Assembly (NCBI GenBank): GCA_963701855.1
Contig: CAVPBK010000005.1
Span: forward strand, 224,001-288,000
Length of the DNA stretch: 64,000 nt
Direction: 5' to 3'
From: Nitrospirota bacterium
GTDB lineage: Bacteria; Nitrospirota; Nitrospiria; Nitrospirales; Nitrospiraceae
Shown here in pieces: positions 49,574-58,995 of this stretch. Below the pieces are notes generated by a model. That model was not told the DNA's origin. It ran no database searches and saw only the letters and a list, made by a program, of their open reading frames with translations. Position 1 is the stretch's first letter. Each line of letters opens with the position of its first letter. A program made the position numbers and the translations under genes.

Positions 49574-51053
49574 ACATAATCATCTGTATCCCGTGATCAT
49601 GGCCGGCGGAAGCGGCACCAGATTTTGGCCGCTCAGCCGGCAGTTGTTTCCTAAACAGCTGCTTCGGATTTTGGGAGATGAAACGTTGATTCAGCAGACT
49701 ATGCGCCGAGTGGTCTGTGCGTCGGCGCCCAACCGGGTGATGATCTCCACGAATCCAGCTCAAGCAGAGTCCATTCGCGTCCAGCTGAGTGAATGGAAAG
49801 ATGCGCTCACAGATAATTTCGTGCTTGAACCGGAAGGGCGCAATACCGCTCCAGCAATTGCATTGGTGGCATTAGAACTGGTCCGCCGGGATCCTGACGC
49901 GATTATGTTGGTGGTTCCGGCCGATCATATTGTCAAAGGCCAGCGAGCATTTGATGCGGCGGTATTGTTGGCGGCGACGCTGGCGAAGCAAGACTATCTG
50001 GTGACCTTCGGCATCAAGCCGATTCGTCCAGAAACCGGCTATGGGTACATTAGGCCCAACTGGAAAGTGACGTTGGGAAAGCAGGGGACGCTCAAGGGAC
50101 ATCCGGTCAGCCGATTTGTTGAAAAACCCAATGCCACCAAGGCTGCGCAATATCTCAAGGCTGGGGACTACTACTGGAACAGCGGCATGTTTATTTGGCG
50201 TGCGGCAGCGATCCTCGATGAAATAAGCCGCCACCAACCCACCCTCTATCATGGGATCGAACGGATTGGCCAATTGATGCAGACTGGGGCGACCAGACAG
50301 GCCATCGACGATGCCTACAGGGCACTCACGTCAGTCTCGATTGATACAGGCGTCATGGAGCAGTCGAAGAAAGCGGCAATCGTGCCCGTGTCCTTTCAAT
50401 GGTCTGACGTTGGGAGTTGGGGGAGTCTGGATGAAGTGGCGCCGAGGGATAAGGCCGGCAATGTCATGGTCGGTCGTGTGGTCGACGTTGACAGCCGTCG
50501 ATCGATCGTCTACGGGGATCGCCGTCTCGTGGCGACGATCGGGCTTACCGACATGGTGGTGGTCGATACGCCGGACGCTACGTTAGTCTGTCCAAAATCA
50601 CGTGCGCAAGATGTGAAGCAGTTGGTCGAAATCCTGAAACGGCAGAACGCTCCGGAACATCTTGAGCATCTGACTGTGCATCGGCCCTGGGGGTCCTACA
50701 CGATTCTGGAAGAAGGTCTTGGTTACAAAGTGAAACGGGTGACGGTGAAACCGGGAGGGCGGCTCTCGTTACAGATGCACCATCGACGGAGCGAACATTG
50801 GGTGGTAATCACCGGGATCGCGCGAGTGACCAGGGGTGACGAGGTCTTCGATCTCAAAATTGGCCATAGCACAGAAATTCCTGTGGAAACCCGCCACCGG
50901 TTGGAAAACCACGGTCAAGAGACCCTGCATATCATTGAAGTGCAAAACGGACCTTACCTTGGGGAAGACGATATCGTCCGGTTTCAGGATGATTATGGGC
51001 GGGACGTTAATCGTGAAACGTTAACCGTGAAACGCAATAATCGGAAACTGTGA
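49536..51053 (+). CDS. manC: Mannose-1-phosphate guanylyltransferase / mannose-6-phosphate isomerase
   Basis: AGGSGTRFWPLSR, EPEGRNTAPA, FVEKP, WSDVGSW; cupin HRPWG, LSLQMH. Confidence 0.95.
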   Translation: MASLTRRTSKLGLHNHLYPVIMAGGSGTRFWPLSRQLFPKQLLRILGDETLIQQTMRRVVCASAPNRVMISTNPAQAESIRVQLSEWKDALTDNFVLEPEGRNTAPAIALVALELVRRDPDAIMLVVPADHIVKGQRAFDAAVLLAATLAKQDYLVTFGIKPIRPETGYGYIRPNWKVTLGKQGTLKGHPVSRFVEKPNATKAAQYLKAGDYYWNSGMFIWRAAAILDEISRHQPTLYHGIERIGQLMQTGATRQAIDDAYRALTSVSIDTGVMEQSKKAAIVPVSFQWSDVGSWGSLDEVAPRDKAGNVMVGRVVDVDSRRSIVYGDRRLVATIGLTDMVVVDTPDATLVCPKSRAQDVKQLVEILKRQNAPEHLEHLTVHRPWGSYTILEEGLGYKVKRVTVKPGGRLSLQMHHRRSEHWVVITGIARVTRGDEVFDLKIGHSTEIPVETRHRLENHGQETLHIIEVQNGPYLGEDDIVRFQDDYGRDVNRETLTVKRNNRKL

Positions 51054-51440
51054 TCCATGGAAATGGAAGGTACTGGGGAAGAGCAATCAATCATCAGAAC
51101 ATTCGAAGACCTCGATGTCTGGAAGGTGTGCAGAGACCTAAGAACGCAGATTGCGACCATAGTGCGCACGTTTCCAAGGGAGGAGCAATATCGGTTGCGG
51201 GATCAACTTATCAGGGCATCACGATCTGTTACGGCCAATCTAGCAGAAGGGTACGGACGATTTCATTACGCGGAGAACATCCAGTTTGCGAGGCAGGCAA
51301 GGGGCTCGTTATACAAAATCATAGTTACTACTCAGGTAGATAGACGGAAGGCTACAGCCTTCAGCCTGAACCCCTGACGAGTTACCGATATTTATCAAAA
51401 GCAAGAACGTCATCACGCGGTTCACGATTAACGAGTAACG
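51005..51440 (+). mobile_element. CGTGAAA-family cassette enclosing a truncated four-helix gene and a nested empty GCTGAAG element (51329-51377)
   Basis: CGTTAAT-CGTGAAA-CGTTAAC-CGTGAAA ... GTTCACG-ATTAACG-AGTAACG. Confidence 0.75.
51057..51377 (+). pseudogene. Four-helix-bundle gene whose C-terminus is replaced by the nested element
   Basis: TFEDLDVWK, FPREEQYRLRDQLIRASRSVTANLAEGYGR, ARGSLY then repeat-derived TTQVDRRKATAFSLNP. Confidence 0.85.
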
Positions 51441-51446
51441 AGGGTC

Positions 51447-52847
51447 ATGGGACTATTTCGCGAGTACGATTTGCGCGGCATCGTGGGGCAGGAACTCACC
51501 GATTCGATCGCGGAGCAGGTGGGTCGGGCCTACTGCACCTATGTGAAAGACCGTGGGGTGAAGACGATTTCGGTCGGGCGAGATGGCCGACTGAGTTCAC
51601 CTGGGCTTTACAAGGCTCTTGTGCGGGGTCTCCTCGCCGGTGGACTGAACGTGGTGGATATCGGCATTTGTCCCTCGCCGTTGGTGTATTTCTCTCTGTT
51701 TCAATTACCGGTTGACGGCGGCATCATGATTACCGGGAGCCACAATACCGCAGAATACAATGGATTTAAGATCTGCATCGGGAAAGACACGATTCATGGA
51801 GAGGAGATCCAGGCGCTTCGAGTGGTAATGGAAGCCGGCTCTTTTGTATCTGGATCTGGACAGTTATCGGAGTATCCCATCATTCCCGACTATCTGGCCT
51901 ATATCAAGAAGAGCTTCACCCATGTCAATGCGAAACGCCTGCACGTCGTCATCGACTGTGGAAATGGTGTGGCGGCCTTGGTGGCCAAACAGGCTTTGGA
52001 GCTTCTCGGCTGTCATGTCACAGGGCTCTATTGCGATCTCGACGGGAGATTTCCAAACCACCATCCCGACCCCACGGTTTTAGAGAATCTCGACGATCTG
52101 ATTCAGTCCGTCAAACAACACAAAGCCGATGTCGGGATCGGCTACGACGGAGATGCCGATCGCATTGGGACCATTGATGAGCAGGGCAATGTGTTGTGGG
52201 GCGATCGCCTGATGGTGATCTACGCCCGCGATATTCTGGCAGCAAAGCCGGGGTGTACCATCATCTCAGAGGTCAAATCCTCGCAGAGCCTCTATGATGA
52301 TATTGCAAAGCTGGGGGGGCGACCGATCATGTGGAAGACCGGCCATTCCCTGATCAAGGCGAAGATGAAAAGCGAGCAGGCCCTCTTGGCCGGCGAAATG
52401 TCCGGGCACATGTTCTTTGCCGATCGGTATTTCGGGTATGACGACGCGATTTATGCCTCCTGCCGGCTGGTGGAGATTTTAGCCAAGACCACTCGTTCGC
52501 TCTCCGCGTTGGTGGCGGATCTTCCGAAGACGTCCGTTACCCCGGAGATCCGGGTAGACGTGTCGGATACCATCAAATTTGAGTTAGTCAGGCATGTGCA
52601 GGAACGGTTGACAGACTGCATGAAGACCCGCGAGGAGCTTGGTTCGGCCAAGCTGGTGGCCCGCGATGTCGTCACCATCGATGGGGTGCGTGCCATCTTC
52701 GAGGATGGGTGGGGTCTGATCCGAGCCTCGAACACTCAGCCGGCCCTTGTATTACGGTTTGAAGCCACGTCGCCGGAGCGGTTGGCCACAATCCGCGCAG
52801 TCATTGAAGGCGAGCTGGCAGCGGCCAAACAAGCCCTTGGCTGCTAA
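51447..52847 (+). CDS. Phosphomannomutase/phosphoglucomutase (AlgC-like)
   Basis: FREYDLRG, TGSHN, DGDADR, GEMSGH, RASNTQP. Confidence 0.94.
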   Translation: MGLFREYDLRGIVGQELTDSIAEQVGRAYCTYVKDRGVKTISVGRDGRLSSPGLYKALVRGLLAGGLNVVDIGICPSPLVYFSLFQLPVDGGIMITGSHNTAEYNGFKICIGKDTIHGEEIQALRVVMEAGSFVSGSGQLSEYPIIPDYLAYIKKSFTHVNAKRLHVVIDCGNGVAALVAKQALELLGCHVTGLYCDLDGRFPNHHPDPTVLENLDDLIQSVKQHKADVGIGYDGDADRIGTIDEQGNVLWGDRLMVIYARDILAAKPGCTIISEVKSSQSLYDDIAKLGGRPIMWKTGHSLIKAKMKSEQALLAGEMSGHMFFADRYFGYDDAIYASCRLVEILAKTTRSLSALVADLPKTSVTPEIRVDVSDTIKFELVRHVQERLTDCMKTREELGSAKLVARDVVTIDGVRAIFEDGWGLIRASNTQPALVLRFEATSPERLATIRAVIEGELAAAKQALGC

Positions 52848-52997
52848 GCAGAATGCGGAAAAAGTCCGCCAGCAGGGAGGGGGGGAGTGCTTCTTGTCCA
52901 GAACGGCCTATAAGAAGTGCTGTCATCGTGTGTTAACTCAGACGAACCCCTAACCGAGATAGAGAGATGGACGGGCCTTGCTGGACGGACTTTTGAG
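52847..52997. mobile_element. Reverse-oriented MITE-family copy with a different interior
   Basis: AGCAGAATGCGGAAAAAGTCCGCCAGC and GGCCTTGCTGGACGGACTTTTGAG are near reverse complements of the two ends of 3691-3816. Confidence 0.65.
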
Positions 52998-53245
52998 ACC
53001 TGAGGGATGCGTCTTTCTTGTGCCATTACCCGCCTCCTAGCTTACTCAAATGACTGCTTCTCAACCGATACAGCTTATACGCGATGCGTGTTTCGCTCCA
53101 TGCTCTTTTTCCCGCATGTGGCTCATATTGGCATGGCTGATTTGAGTGCCAGAGCGGTTCGATCTCGTGGGCTGGGTCTGCTAGCGAGCCTTCTTCAGCG
53201 CGATCCTTCCAAGTTGGGGAACAGCTCACCTATGAAATTTCTTGG

Positions 53246-53881
53246 TTGAATATCACAGCCGGCACAGCTGTGATGGCTGTTAGTGATGCCGGTATGGACG
53301 GAGGACGATCACTGGAGAAATTGATCACTACGGCGCAGTCGAAGCCCGTCATCACCAAGTTCTTTCCCGTCGATAACCGGGTTGAGTCGATTGTGGATCC
53401 CGCCACGCTGCTTCCTGAGCATTTGACTTTCAAGCGGCGAGAAGGGAAGAAGAAAGAAGACTTCGAGTACACATTTCATCAGAAAGAGGGGAGGGTCACA
53501 GTCGTCAAAGACGGGACGACTGAAACATTGGAGATGCCAACGGGCACCCAGGATGTCATCTCCTGTCTCTATTATGCGCGTGCTACATTATCGTTCCAGC
53601 CGGGCTCATCTCTGACGATGAATGTGTATCATGATAAAAAGAACCGCAAACTGGACGTGCTGGTTGAGGGGGTCGAGACTGTCAGTAGTCCGTGGGGGGA
53701 AGTTGAAACGGCTCGTGTGTTGGTGATCATGCCGTTCCAAGGTCTCTTCCTCAACCAGGGCAACATCCGGGTGTGGTTTACCAACGATGATCGGCGCATT
53801 CCGGTTCGTATGAAGGCCAAGGTCATCATCGGGTCGATTGTGGCCGATCTCGTCAGCGGATTGCCGGCTTCCTTACGGTAA
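53246..53881 (+). CDS. DUF3108-like exported protein; the true 5' end (about 53084) appears disrupted
   Basis: In-frame upstream FQVGEQLTYEISW; VWFTNDDRRIPVRMKAKV. Confidence 0.65.
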   Translation: MNITAGTAVMAVSDAGMDGGRSLEKLITTAQSKPVITKFFPVDNRVESIVDPATLLPEHLTFKRREGKKKEDFEYTFHQKEGRVTVVKDGTTETLEMPTGTQDVISCLYYARATLSFQPGSSLTMNVYHDKKNRKLDVLVEGVETVSSPWGEVETARVLVIMPFQGLFLNQGNIRVWFTNDDRRIPVRMKAKVIIGSIVADLVSGLPASLR

Positions 53882-53939
53882 GGTAGCCAGTCGTTCGTTG
53901 CCCGACCAGTTCAAAACGGTTATACTTGCCTCTATTATC

Positions 53940-54944
53940 ATGGCACAGTTTTCTCTTACTTTAAGCAGATTTATCACCCAGAAGCAGGCGTCCCATCCAG
54001 GGGCCACCGGGGAACTTTCCAGTCTCCTGGTCCAGATCGGTCTGGTTGGTAAACTCATTGCGCAGGATCTCAGGCATGCAGGGATCATCGATATTCTGGG
54101 AACGACAGGCGAGATCAATGTGCAAGGGGAGACAGTTAAGAAGCTGGATGAGATTGCGAATGAGACATTTCTCAACGCATTTCACCAGAACGGGCTTGTG
54201 TGCGCATTGGCGTCTGAAGAGATGGAAAAGCCGGTCCTGCTGCCGGAGAATTGGCCGCAGGCCAAGTACATGTTGCTCTTCGATCCTCTCGATGGCTCAT
54301 CGAACACGGACTGCAACATGCCGCTCGGCGCGATTTTTTCCGTCGTGAAGTTCGAGCGCAAAGATCGGATGCCGACCGAGGATGACCTTGCTCGCAAGGG
54401 AACAGAGCAGGTAGCCGCTGGCTATCTCCTGTTCGGGTCAAGCACCATGCTGGTCTATACGGTTGGACAAGGAGTCCACGGGTTTACATTGGAGCCTGGC
54501 ATCGGCGAGTATCTCCTGTCCCACGAGCAGATCCGCATTCCTGCTCGAGGCAAGGTTTATGGCGTAAACGAAGGCAATTATCATAAATGGACGGCGGGCA
54601 CGAAGAAGTATGTGGACGACCTGAAGGTCTCGGATAAAAACGCGGGGAAGCCTTACAGTGTGCGCTATTCCGGTTGTCTGGTAGCCGACGTGCACCGGAT
54701 TCTCCTCGGGGGAGGCATTTATCTGTATCCCGGTGAGCTGGACAAGCCGGAGGGCAAGCTCCGATTGTTATACGAAGCGAATCCCCTGGCGTGGGTTGTG
54801 GAGCAGGCGGGCGGCAGGGCCAGCACCGGCACTATGCGAGTCCTCGACGTGGAGGCCAAACAACTGCATCAACGGGTGCCGTTGATTATCGGGAGTGCGG
54901 AGGACGTGCGCGATGCAGAGGCATTCATCCAAGGCAGACGTTAA
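53940..54944 (+). CDS. fbp: Class I fructose-1,6-bisphosphatase
   Basis: NVQGE..KKLD, SEE, FDPLDGSSN, RYSGCLVADVHR, KLRLLYEANP. Confidence 0.96.
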   Translation: MAQFSLTLSRFITQKQASHPGATGELSSLLVQIGLVGKLIAQDLRHAGIIDILGTTGEINVQGETVKKLDEIANETFLNAFHQNGLVCALASEEMEKPVLLPENWPQAKYMLLFDPLDGSSNTDCNMPLGAIFSVVKFERKDRMPTEDDLARKGTEQVAAGYLLFGSSTMLVYTVGQGVHGFTLEPGIGEYLLSHEQIRIPARGKVYGVNEGNYHKWTAGTKKYVDDLKVSDKNAGKPYSVRYSGCLVADVHRILLGGGIYLYPGELDKPEGKLRLLYEANPLAWVVEQAGGRASTGTMRVLDVEAKQLHQRVPLIIGSAEDVRDAEAFIQGRR

Positions 54945-55029
54945 GCGTGAAACGTGAAACGAGGAAAATCCGGCCAAGTTTTTGACGATTGGCGGTTCAC
55001 GTTTAACGAATAACGTTCACGAATCTACG
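54939..55029. repeat. Inverted CGTGAAA-family hairpin, empty
   Basis: CGTTAAG-CGTGAAA-CGTGAAA-CGAGGAA then TTTGACG-ATTGGCG-GTTCACG-TTTAACG-AATAACG-TTCACG. Confidence 0.85.
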
Positions 55030-55040
55030 GGAGGAGAGAC

Positions 55041-55964
55041 ATGGCTGATCGGGTACAAGAGATTCTCAGCTGGTATAGCAGCGACAATGCGGGAACACGA
55101 ACGAATATCGCCCGCCTGCTGCGTCATGGCAAATTGGCAGGCACAGGCAAGCTAGTGATTCTGCCCGTCGACCAGGGGTTCGAGCATGGCCCCGCCAGGA
55201 GCTTTGCGCCGAACCCATCCGGGTATAGCCCCCTGTACCATTTTCAATTAGCCATCGATGCCGGCTGCAATGCCTACGCGGCTCCACTGGGATTTCTCGA
55301 AGCCGGCGCCGCTGAATTCGCCGGACGGATTCCACTAATTCTCAAGTTGAACAATCACGATGTCTTGCATGACGAGAAAGATCCCTTGCCCTCGGTCACC
55401 GGCAGCGTGAAGGACGCGCTCCGGCTCGGTTGTTCAGCGGTCGGATTTACGATCTATCCGGGGTCATCGCACTGCAACGCCATGTATCAACAGTTGCGTG
55501 CGATTGCAGAAGAGGCCAAGGATTGTGGCTTGGCGGTCGTTGTATGGTCATATCCGCGTGGGTCGGTGCTCAGCAAGGAAGGGGAGACCGCGATCGATGT
55601 GGTGGCCTATGCGGCGCAGATTGCAGCCCAGCTCGGCGCCCATTTCATTAAGGTCAAGCTCCCCACTGCGCACCTTGAACAGGCCGCGGCGAAGAAGGTG
55701 TACGAATCGGCCAAGATTCCAATCGCAACACTGGCGGAACGGGTCAAGCATGTGGTGCAGAGTTCGTTCGATGGGCGCCGGATCGTCATTTTCTCTGGAG
55801 GAGCCAAGAGCGAGGATCAGCATGTGTTTGAGGAGGCGCGCGCCATTCGAGACGGCGGGGGGTTCGGCTCCATCATCGGGCGGAACTCGTTTCAGCGGCC
55901 TCGCGCGGAGGCGATGAAGTTCCTCCATACCATCATGGGGATATATTCCGGAGAAATTCTGTAA
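55041..55964 (+). CDS. fbaB: Class I fructose-bisphosphate aldolase (DhnA type)
   Basis: ILPVDQGFEHGP, GFTIYPGS, WSYPRG, IGRNSFQRP. Confidence 0.93.
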   Translation: MADRVQEILSWYSSDNAGTRTNIARLLRHGKLAGTGKLVILPVDQGFEHGPARSFAPNPSGYSPLYHFQLAIDAGCNAYAAPLGFLEAGAAEFAGRIPLILKLNNHDVLHDEKDPLPSVTGSVKDALRLGCSAVGFTIYPGSSHCNAMYQQLRAIAEEAKDCGLAVVVWSYPRGSVLSKEGETAIDVVAYAAQIAAQLGAHFIKVKLPTAHLEQAAAKKVYESAKIPIATLAERVKHVVQSSFDGRRIVIFSGGAKSEDQHVFEEARAIRDGGGFGSIIGRNSFQRPRAEAMKFLHTIMGIYSGEIL

Positions 55965-56031
55965 TGTGCAGGGATGCATCGGTGGTATATGAATTGTTCG
56001 AACCACGAGAGATGAAGGGCAAGGGTCACCT

Positions 56032-57549
56032 ATGAAACTCGTTCGTGCAGGGCTTGTTCCGCTTGCCTTGGTCACTGGAGGGGTCATTATCGGGATCGTG
56101 GTGGCTTCCAACATGGGTTGGTTGCCGACCGGCACGGCCGGCCCTGAGCCGATTCCCAACCCCATCGCTCGCCCAGTTGCGACTGCGCCGCAGTTGCCGA
56201 TGGGAGGAGGGAGTGGGAAAAACTTCGTTGAGATCGCGAAATCGGTAAAGCCGGCGGTCGTCAACATTTCGGCGACGAGAAGCGGAAAGCCCGGAGAAGG
56301 TCTGCACGGCTCCCCGCACGATGACCCATTTTTTCGCAAGTTCTTCGGCGATGAACTTTTTAAGCGCGATGCGCCTCAGCGAGAGCCAAAAGAGCGCGGT
56401 CAGGGGTCCGGGGTCATTGTGGAGTCCAATGGTTTGATCGTCACCAATAATCATGTCGTGAACAAGGCCGACGAGATTCGGGTCTTTTTGTCGGACAAAC
56501 GGGAGTTTAAAGGCAAGCTGATTGGAACCGATGCGAAGACGGATATTGCGATTGTGAAAATCGAAGCGACAGGGCTCTCAACCATTCCTTGGGCAGACTC
56601 CGACCAGCTGGAAGTCGGGGAGTATGTGTTGGCTGTGGGGAGTCCATTCGGGCTCACCCAGACCGTGACCATGGGGATCGTCAGTGCAGTTGGACGAGCC
56701 AGCATGGGCATTGCTGAATACGAAGACTTCATCCAAACCGATGCGGCGATCAATCCGGGAAATTCCGGAGGCGCGTTAGTCAACGTGCGGGGTGAATTGG
56801 TTGGGATTAATACGGCGATTTTCAGCCAAAGCGGCGGCAGCATGGGTATTGGGTTTGCGGTGCCCAGCAATTTGTCGCGCGCCGTCATGGATCAGTTGGT
56901 GCGGACGGGCAAGGTCGTCCGCGGCTGGCTCGGTGTGGCGATCCAAGATTTGACTCCTGAGTTGGCCACACAGTTCGGGATCGCCGATACGAAGGGCGTG
57001 CTCGTCAGTGACGTCATGGAGGATAGTCCTGCGAAGAAGGCGGGGGTCGAGCGCGCAGATGTCATTGTCGAATATGACGGGAAGTCGATGGATTCGCCGA
57101 CGCATTTGCGGAATGCCGTCGCGCAGACTCCGATCGGGAAGAAGGTCTTGGTCAAGTTAATTCGAGACAAGAAGCCCAAGACGATGGAGATTGCCATTGT
57201 CGAGCAGCCGAAATCGTTAGGACAGCCAGGAGCAGAGGAGAGCAGGGAGTCGGCGGTGCCGACTGGTGTTCTCTCGGATATTGATGTCCGCGAGCTCAAC
57301 GAGGAACTGACTGCTCGTTACGGATTGAAATCTACCGAGCGTGGGGTAGTGGTAGTCAGGGTCAAGTCTGGAAGCACGGCGGAAGAAATGGGTGTGCGTG
57401 AAGGCGATCTGATACTCGAAGTCAATCGCAAGGCCATAGGCTCGCTCAAGTCCTATGAACAAGCTGCTTCCGGTCTTGCCAAGGATCATGCGGTCCTCTT
57501 GTTGCTCAAACGAAAGGGCCAAGCGATCTACCTCACACTGCGGCCCTAG
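56032..57549 (+). CDS. degP: Do/DegP-family serine protease with two PDZ domains
   Basis: TNNHVV, TDIA, QTDAAINPGNSGG, RGWLGV. Confidence 0.92.
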   Translation: MKLVRAGLVPLALVTGGVIIGIVVASNMGWLPTGTAGPEPIPNPIARPVATAPQLPMGGGSGKNFVEIAKSVKPAVVNISATRSGKPGEGLHGSPHDDPFFRKFFGDELFKRDAPQREPKERGQGSGVIVESNGLIVTNNHVVNKADEIRVFLSDKREFKGKLIGTDAKTDIAIVKIEATGLSTIPWADSDQLEVGEYVLAVGSPFGLTQTVTMGIVSAVGRASMGIAEYEDFIQTDAAINPGNSGGALVNVRGELVGINTAIFSQSGGSMGIGFAVPSNLSRAVMDQLVRTGKVVRGWLGVAIQDLTPELATQFGIADTKGVLVSDVMEDSPAKKAGVERADVIVEYDGKSMDSPTHLRNAVAQTPIGKKVLVKLIRDKKPKTMEIAIVEQPKSLGQPGAEESRESAVPTGVLSDIDVRELNEELTARYGLKSTERGVVVVRVKSGSTAEEMGVREGDLILEVNRKAIGSLKSYEQAASGLAKDHAVLLLLKRKGQAIYLTLRP

Positions 57550-57570
57550 CCAGTTGCGGAAGAATTATCA

Positions 57571-57653
57571 GGCTTATCGGGTTTGTTTTGTTTATCTGGT
57601 TAGCGTTGTTCAACCAAACAAACCAGACAAACAGGACAAGCCAAATGAACCAG
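57571..57653. repeat. Inverted nonamer hairpin, empty, degenerate
   Basis: GGTTTGTTT-TGTTTATCT-GGTTAGCGT then AACCAAACA-AACCAGACA-AACAGGACA-AGCCAAATG-AACCAG. Confidence 0.75.
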
Positions 57654-57669
57654 GTAGGCGGCCCTGCCT

Positions 57670-58479
57670 ATGACATCGTGTCGAGTCGAACCAATCTTAC
57701 GTCAAGCCCATTTGGTGGTGGCGCTCGTGCCGGCTGCCGGCCGTGGGCTTCGGATGGGTGGCTCCGTCCCCAAACAATTTCTGTCGTTGGGTGGTGAGCC
57801 ACTCATCGTTCAGTCGTTACGGACATTGCAAGCTTCTTCCGCGATCGACCAGATCGTTCTTGCCGTTCCGCTTCCCGACGTTGAATACTGTGAGAACGAA
57901 ATCGTTTCGCGGTATCGATTCACCAAAGTGACGAAAGTGGTGGCGGGCGGTGCAGAGCGCCAGGATTCAGTGCGGTACGCGCTCACTCAGATCCCGTCGG
58001 ACACAGAGATCGTGCTTATCCATGATGCGGTGCGGCCTTTTGTGACGCAACGGATGATCGAAGAGGTCGTGGCTGCAGCGAGGAAAGAGGGCGCGGCGAT
58101 TATTGCACTTCCGATGCGGGATACCGTGAAGCAGGTACGGACGGATGGGACGATTGAGCGAACGGTCGATCGTACTCCCTTGTGGCTCGCCCAAACTCCG
58201 CAGGCATTTCGGCGGGACTTAATCGAGACTGCCCACAAGAAAGCGCATGCCGAAGGAATTCGGGCCACCGACGACGCCTTCCTGGTGGAGTGGTTAGGGT
58301 ATTCCGTGGCGGTGGTGGAAGGAAGCGGGGAGAATATCAAAGTGACGAGGCCTGAAGACCTGGTCATTGGCGAGGCTATTCTGGCGTCGCGAATCACGGG
58401 GAGCGGGACGCGCGAGAAGAGCGTGAAAAGCGGGACTGGCACGTCTCGCTCTTCGCGCCCGTCACGCAAATCTCGCTGA
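57670..58479 (+). CDS. ispD: 2-C-methyl-D-erythritol 4-phosphate cytidylyltransferase with a repeat-derived tail
   Basis: PAAGRGLRMG..PKQF, RQDSV, HDAVRP, QTPQ, TDD, NIKVT. Confidence 0.95.
   Translation: MTSCRVEPILRQAHLVVALVPAAGRGLRMGGSVPKQFLSLGGEPLIVQSLRTLQASSAIDQIVLAVPLPDVEYCENEIVSRYRFTKVTKVVAGGAERQDSVRYALTQIPSDTEIVLIHDAVRPFVTQRMIEEVVAAARKEGAAIIALPMRDTVKQVRTDGTIERTVDRTPLWLAQTPQAFRRDLIETAHKKAHAEGIRATDDAFLVEWLGYSVAVVEGSGENIKVTRPEDLVIGEAILASRITGSGTREKSVKSGTGTSRSSRPSRKSR
58401..58478. repeat. Inverted nonamer hairpin of a different family (GAGCGKGAM), in frame in the ispD tail
   Basis: GAGCGGGAC-GCGCGAGAA-GAGCGTGAA-AAGCGGGAC, 6-nt loop, GTCTCGCTC-TTCGCGCCC-GTCACGCAA-ATCTCGCTG. Confidence 0.75.
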
Positions 58480-58494
58480 GATAGAGGAGAGCCT

Positions 58495-58983
58495 ATGACA
58501 ATGCGAATCGGTTGCGGCTACGACATCCATCCGTTAGGACCAGGTCGGAAGTTGATTCTCGGCGGGGTCGAGGTGCCCCACAGTAAGGGTTTGATGGGAC
58601 ATTCCGATTCTGATGCCTTGGTCCATGCCCTCTGCGATGCGCTGCTTGGAGCGATGGGTGAAGGAGATTTAGGCCGGCACTATCCCAGTTCAGATCAGCG
58701 GTTCAAGGACATATCGAGTCTGAAGTTGCTGCAGGATGTCGTCGGGAAGATGCGGGGGAAGGGGTATCGTCTCGTGAACGCCGACACAGTCATTATCGCG
58801 CAGGCCCCTCGGCTCAGTTCGCACTTGGCAGCTATGCAGAAGCAAATGGCGCAGGTGCTCGGGGTCGATCCGGACCTCGTCAACGTCAAGGTGAAGAGCG
58901 GAGAGGGAATCGGCATGATCGGTCGGGAGGAAGGGATTGCCGCCCAGGCGGTCTGTTTGATTGAACGGCCTTCGACAGCTTAA
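58495..58983 (+). CDS. ispF: 2-C-methyl-D-erythritol 2,4-cyclodiphosphate synthase
   Basis: RIGCGYDIH, GHSDSD, HALCDALLGA, GREEGIAAQA. Confidence 0.96.
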   Translation: MTMRIGCGYDIHPLGPGRKLILGGVEVPHSKGLMGHSDSDALVHALCDALLGAMGEGDLGRHYPSSDQRFKDISSLKLLQDVVGKMRGKGYRLVNADTVIIAQAPRLSSHLAAMQKQMAQVLGVDPDLVNVKVKSGEGIGMIGREEGIAAQAVCLIERPSTA

Positions 58984-58995
58984 GATAATTCGACT

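Noticed and set aside
15175..51377. Diversity-generating retroelement, suggested by the Avd-like fold of the four-helix proteins
   Set aside because: No reverse transcriptase and no TR/VR pair differing at adenines was seen in the window.
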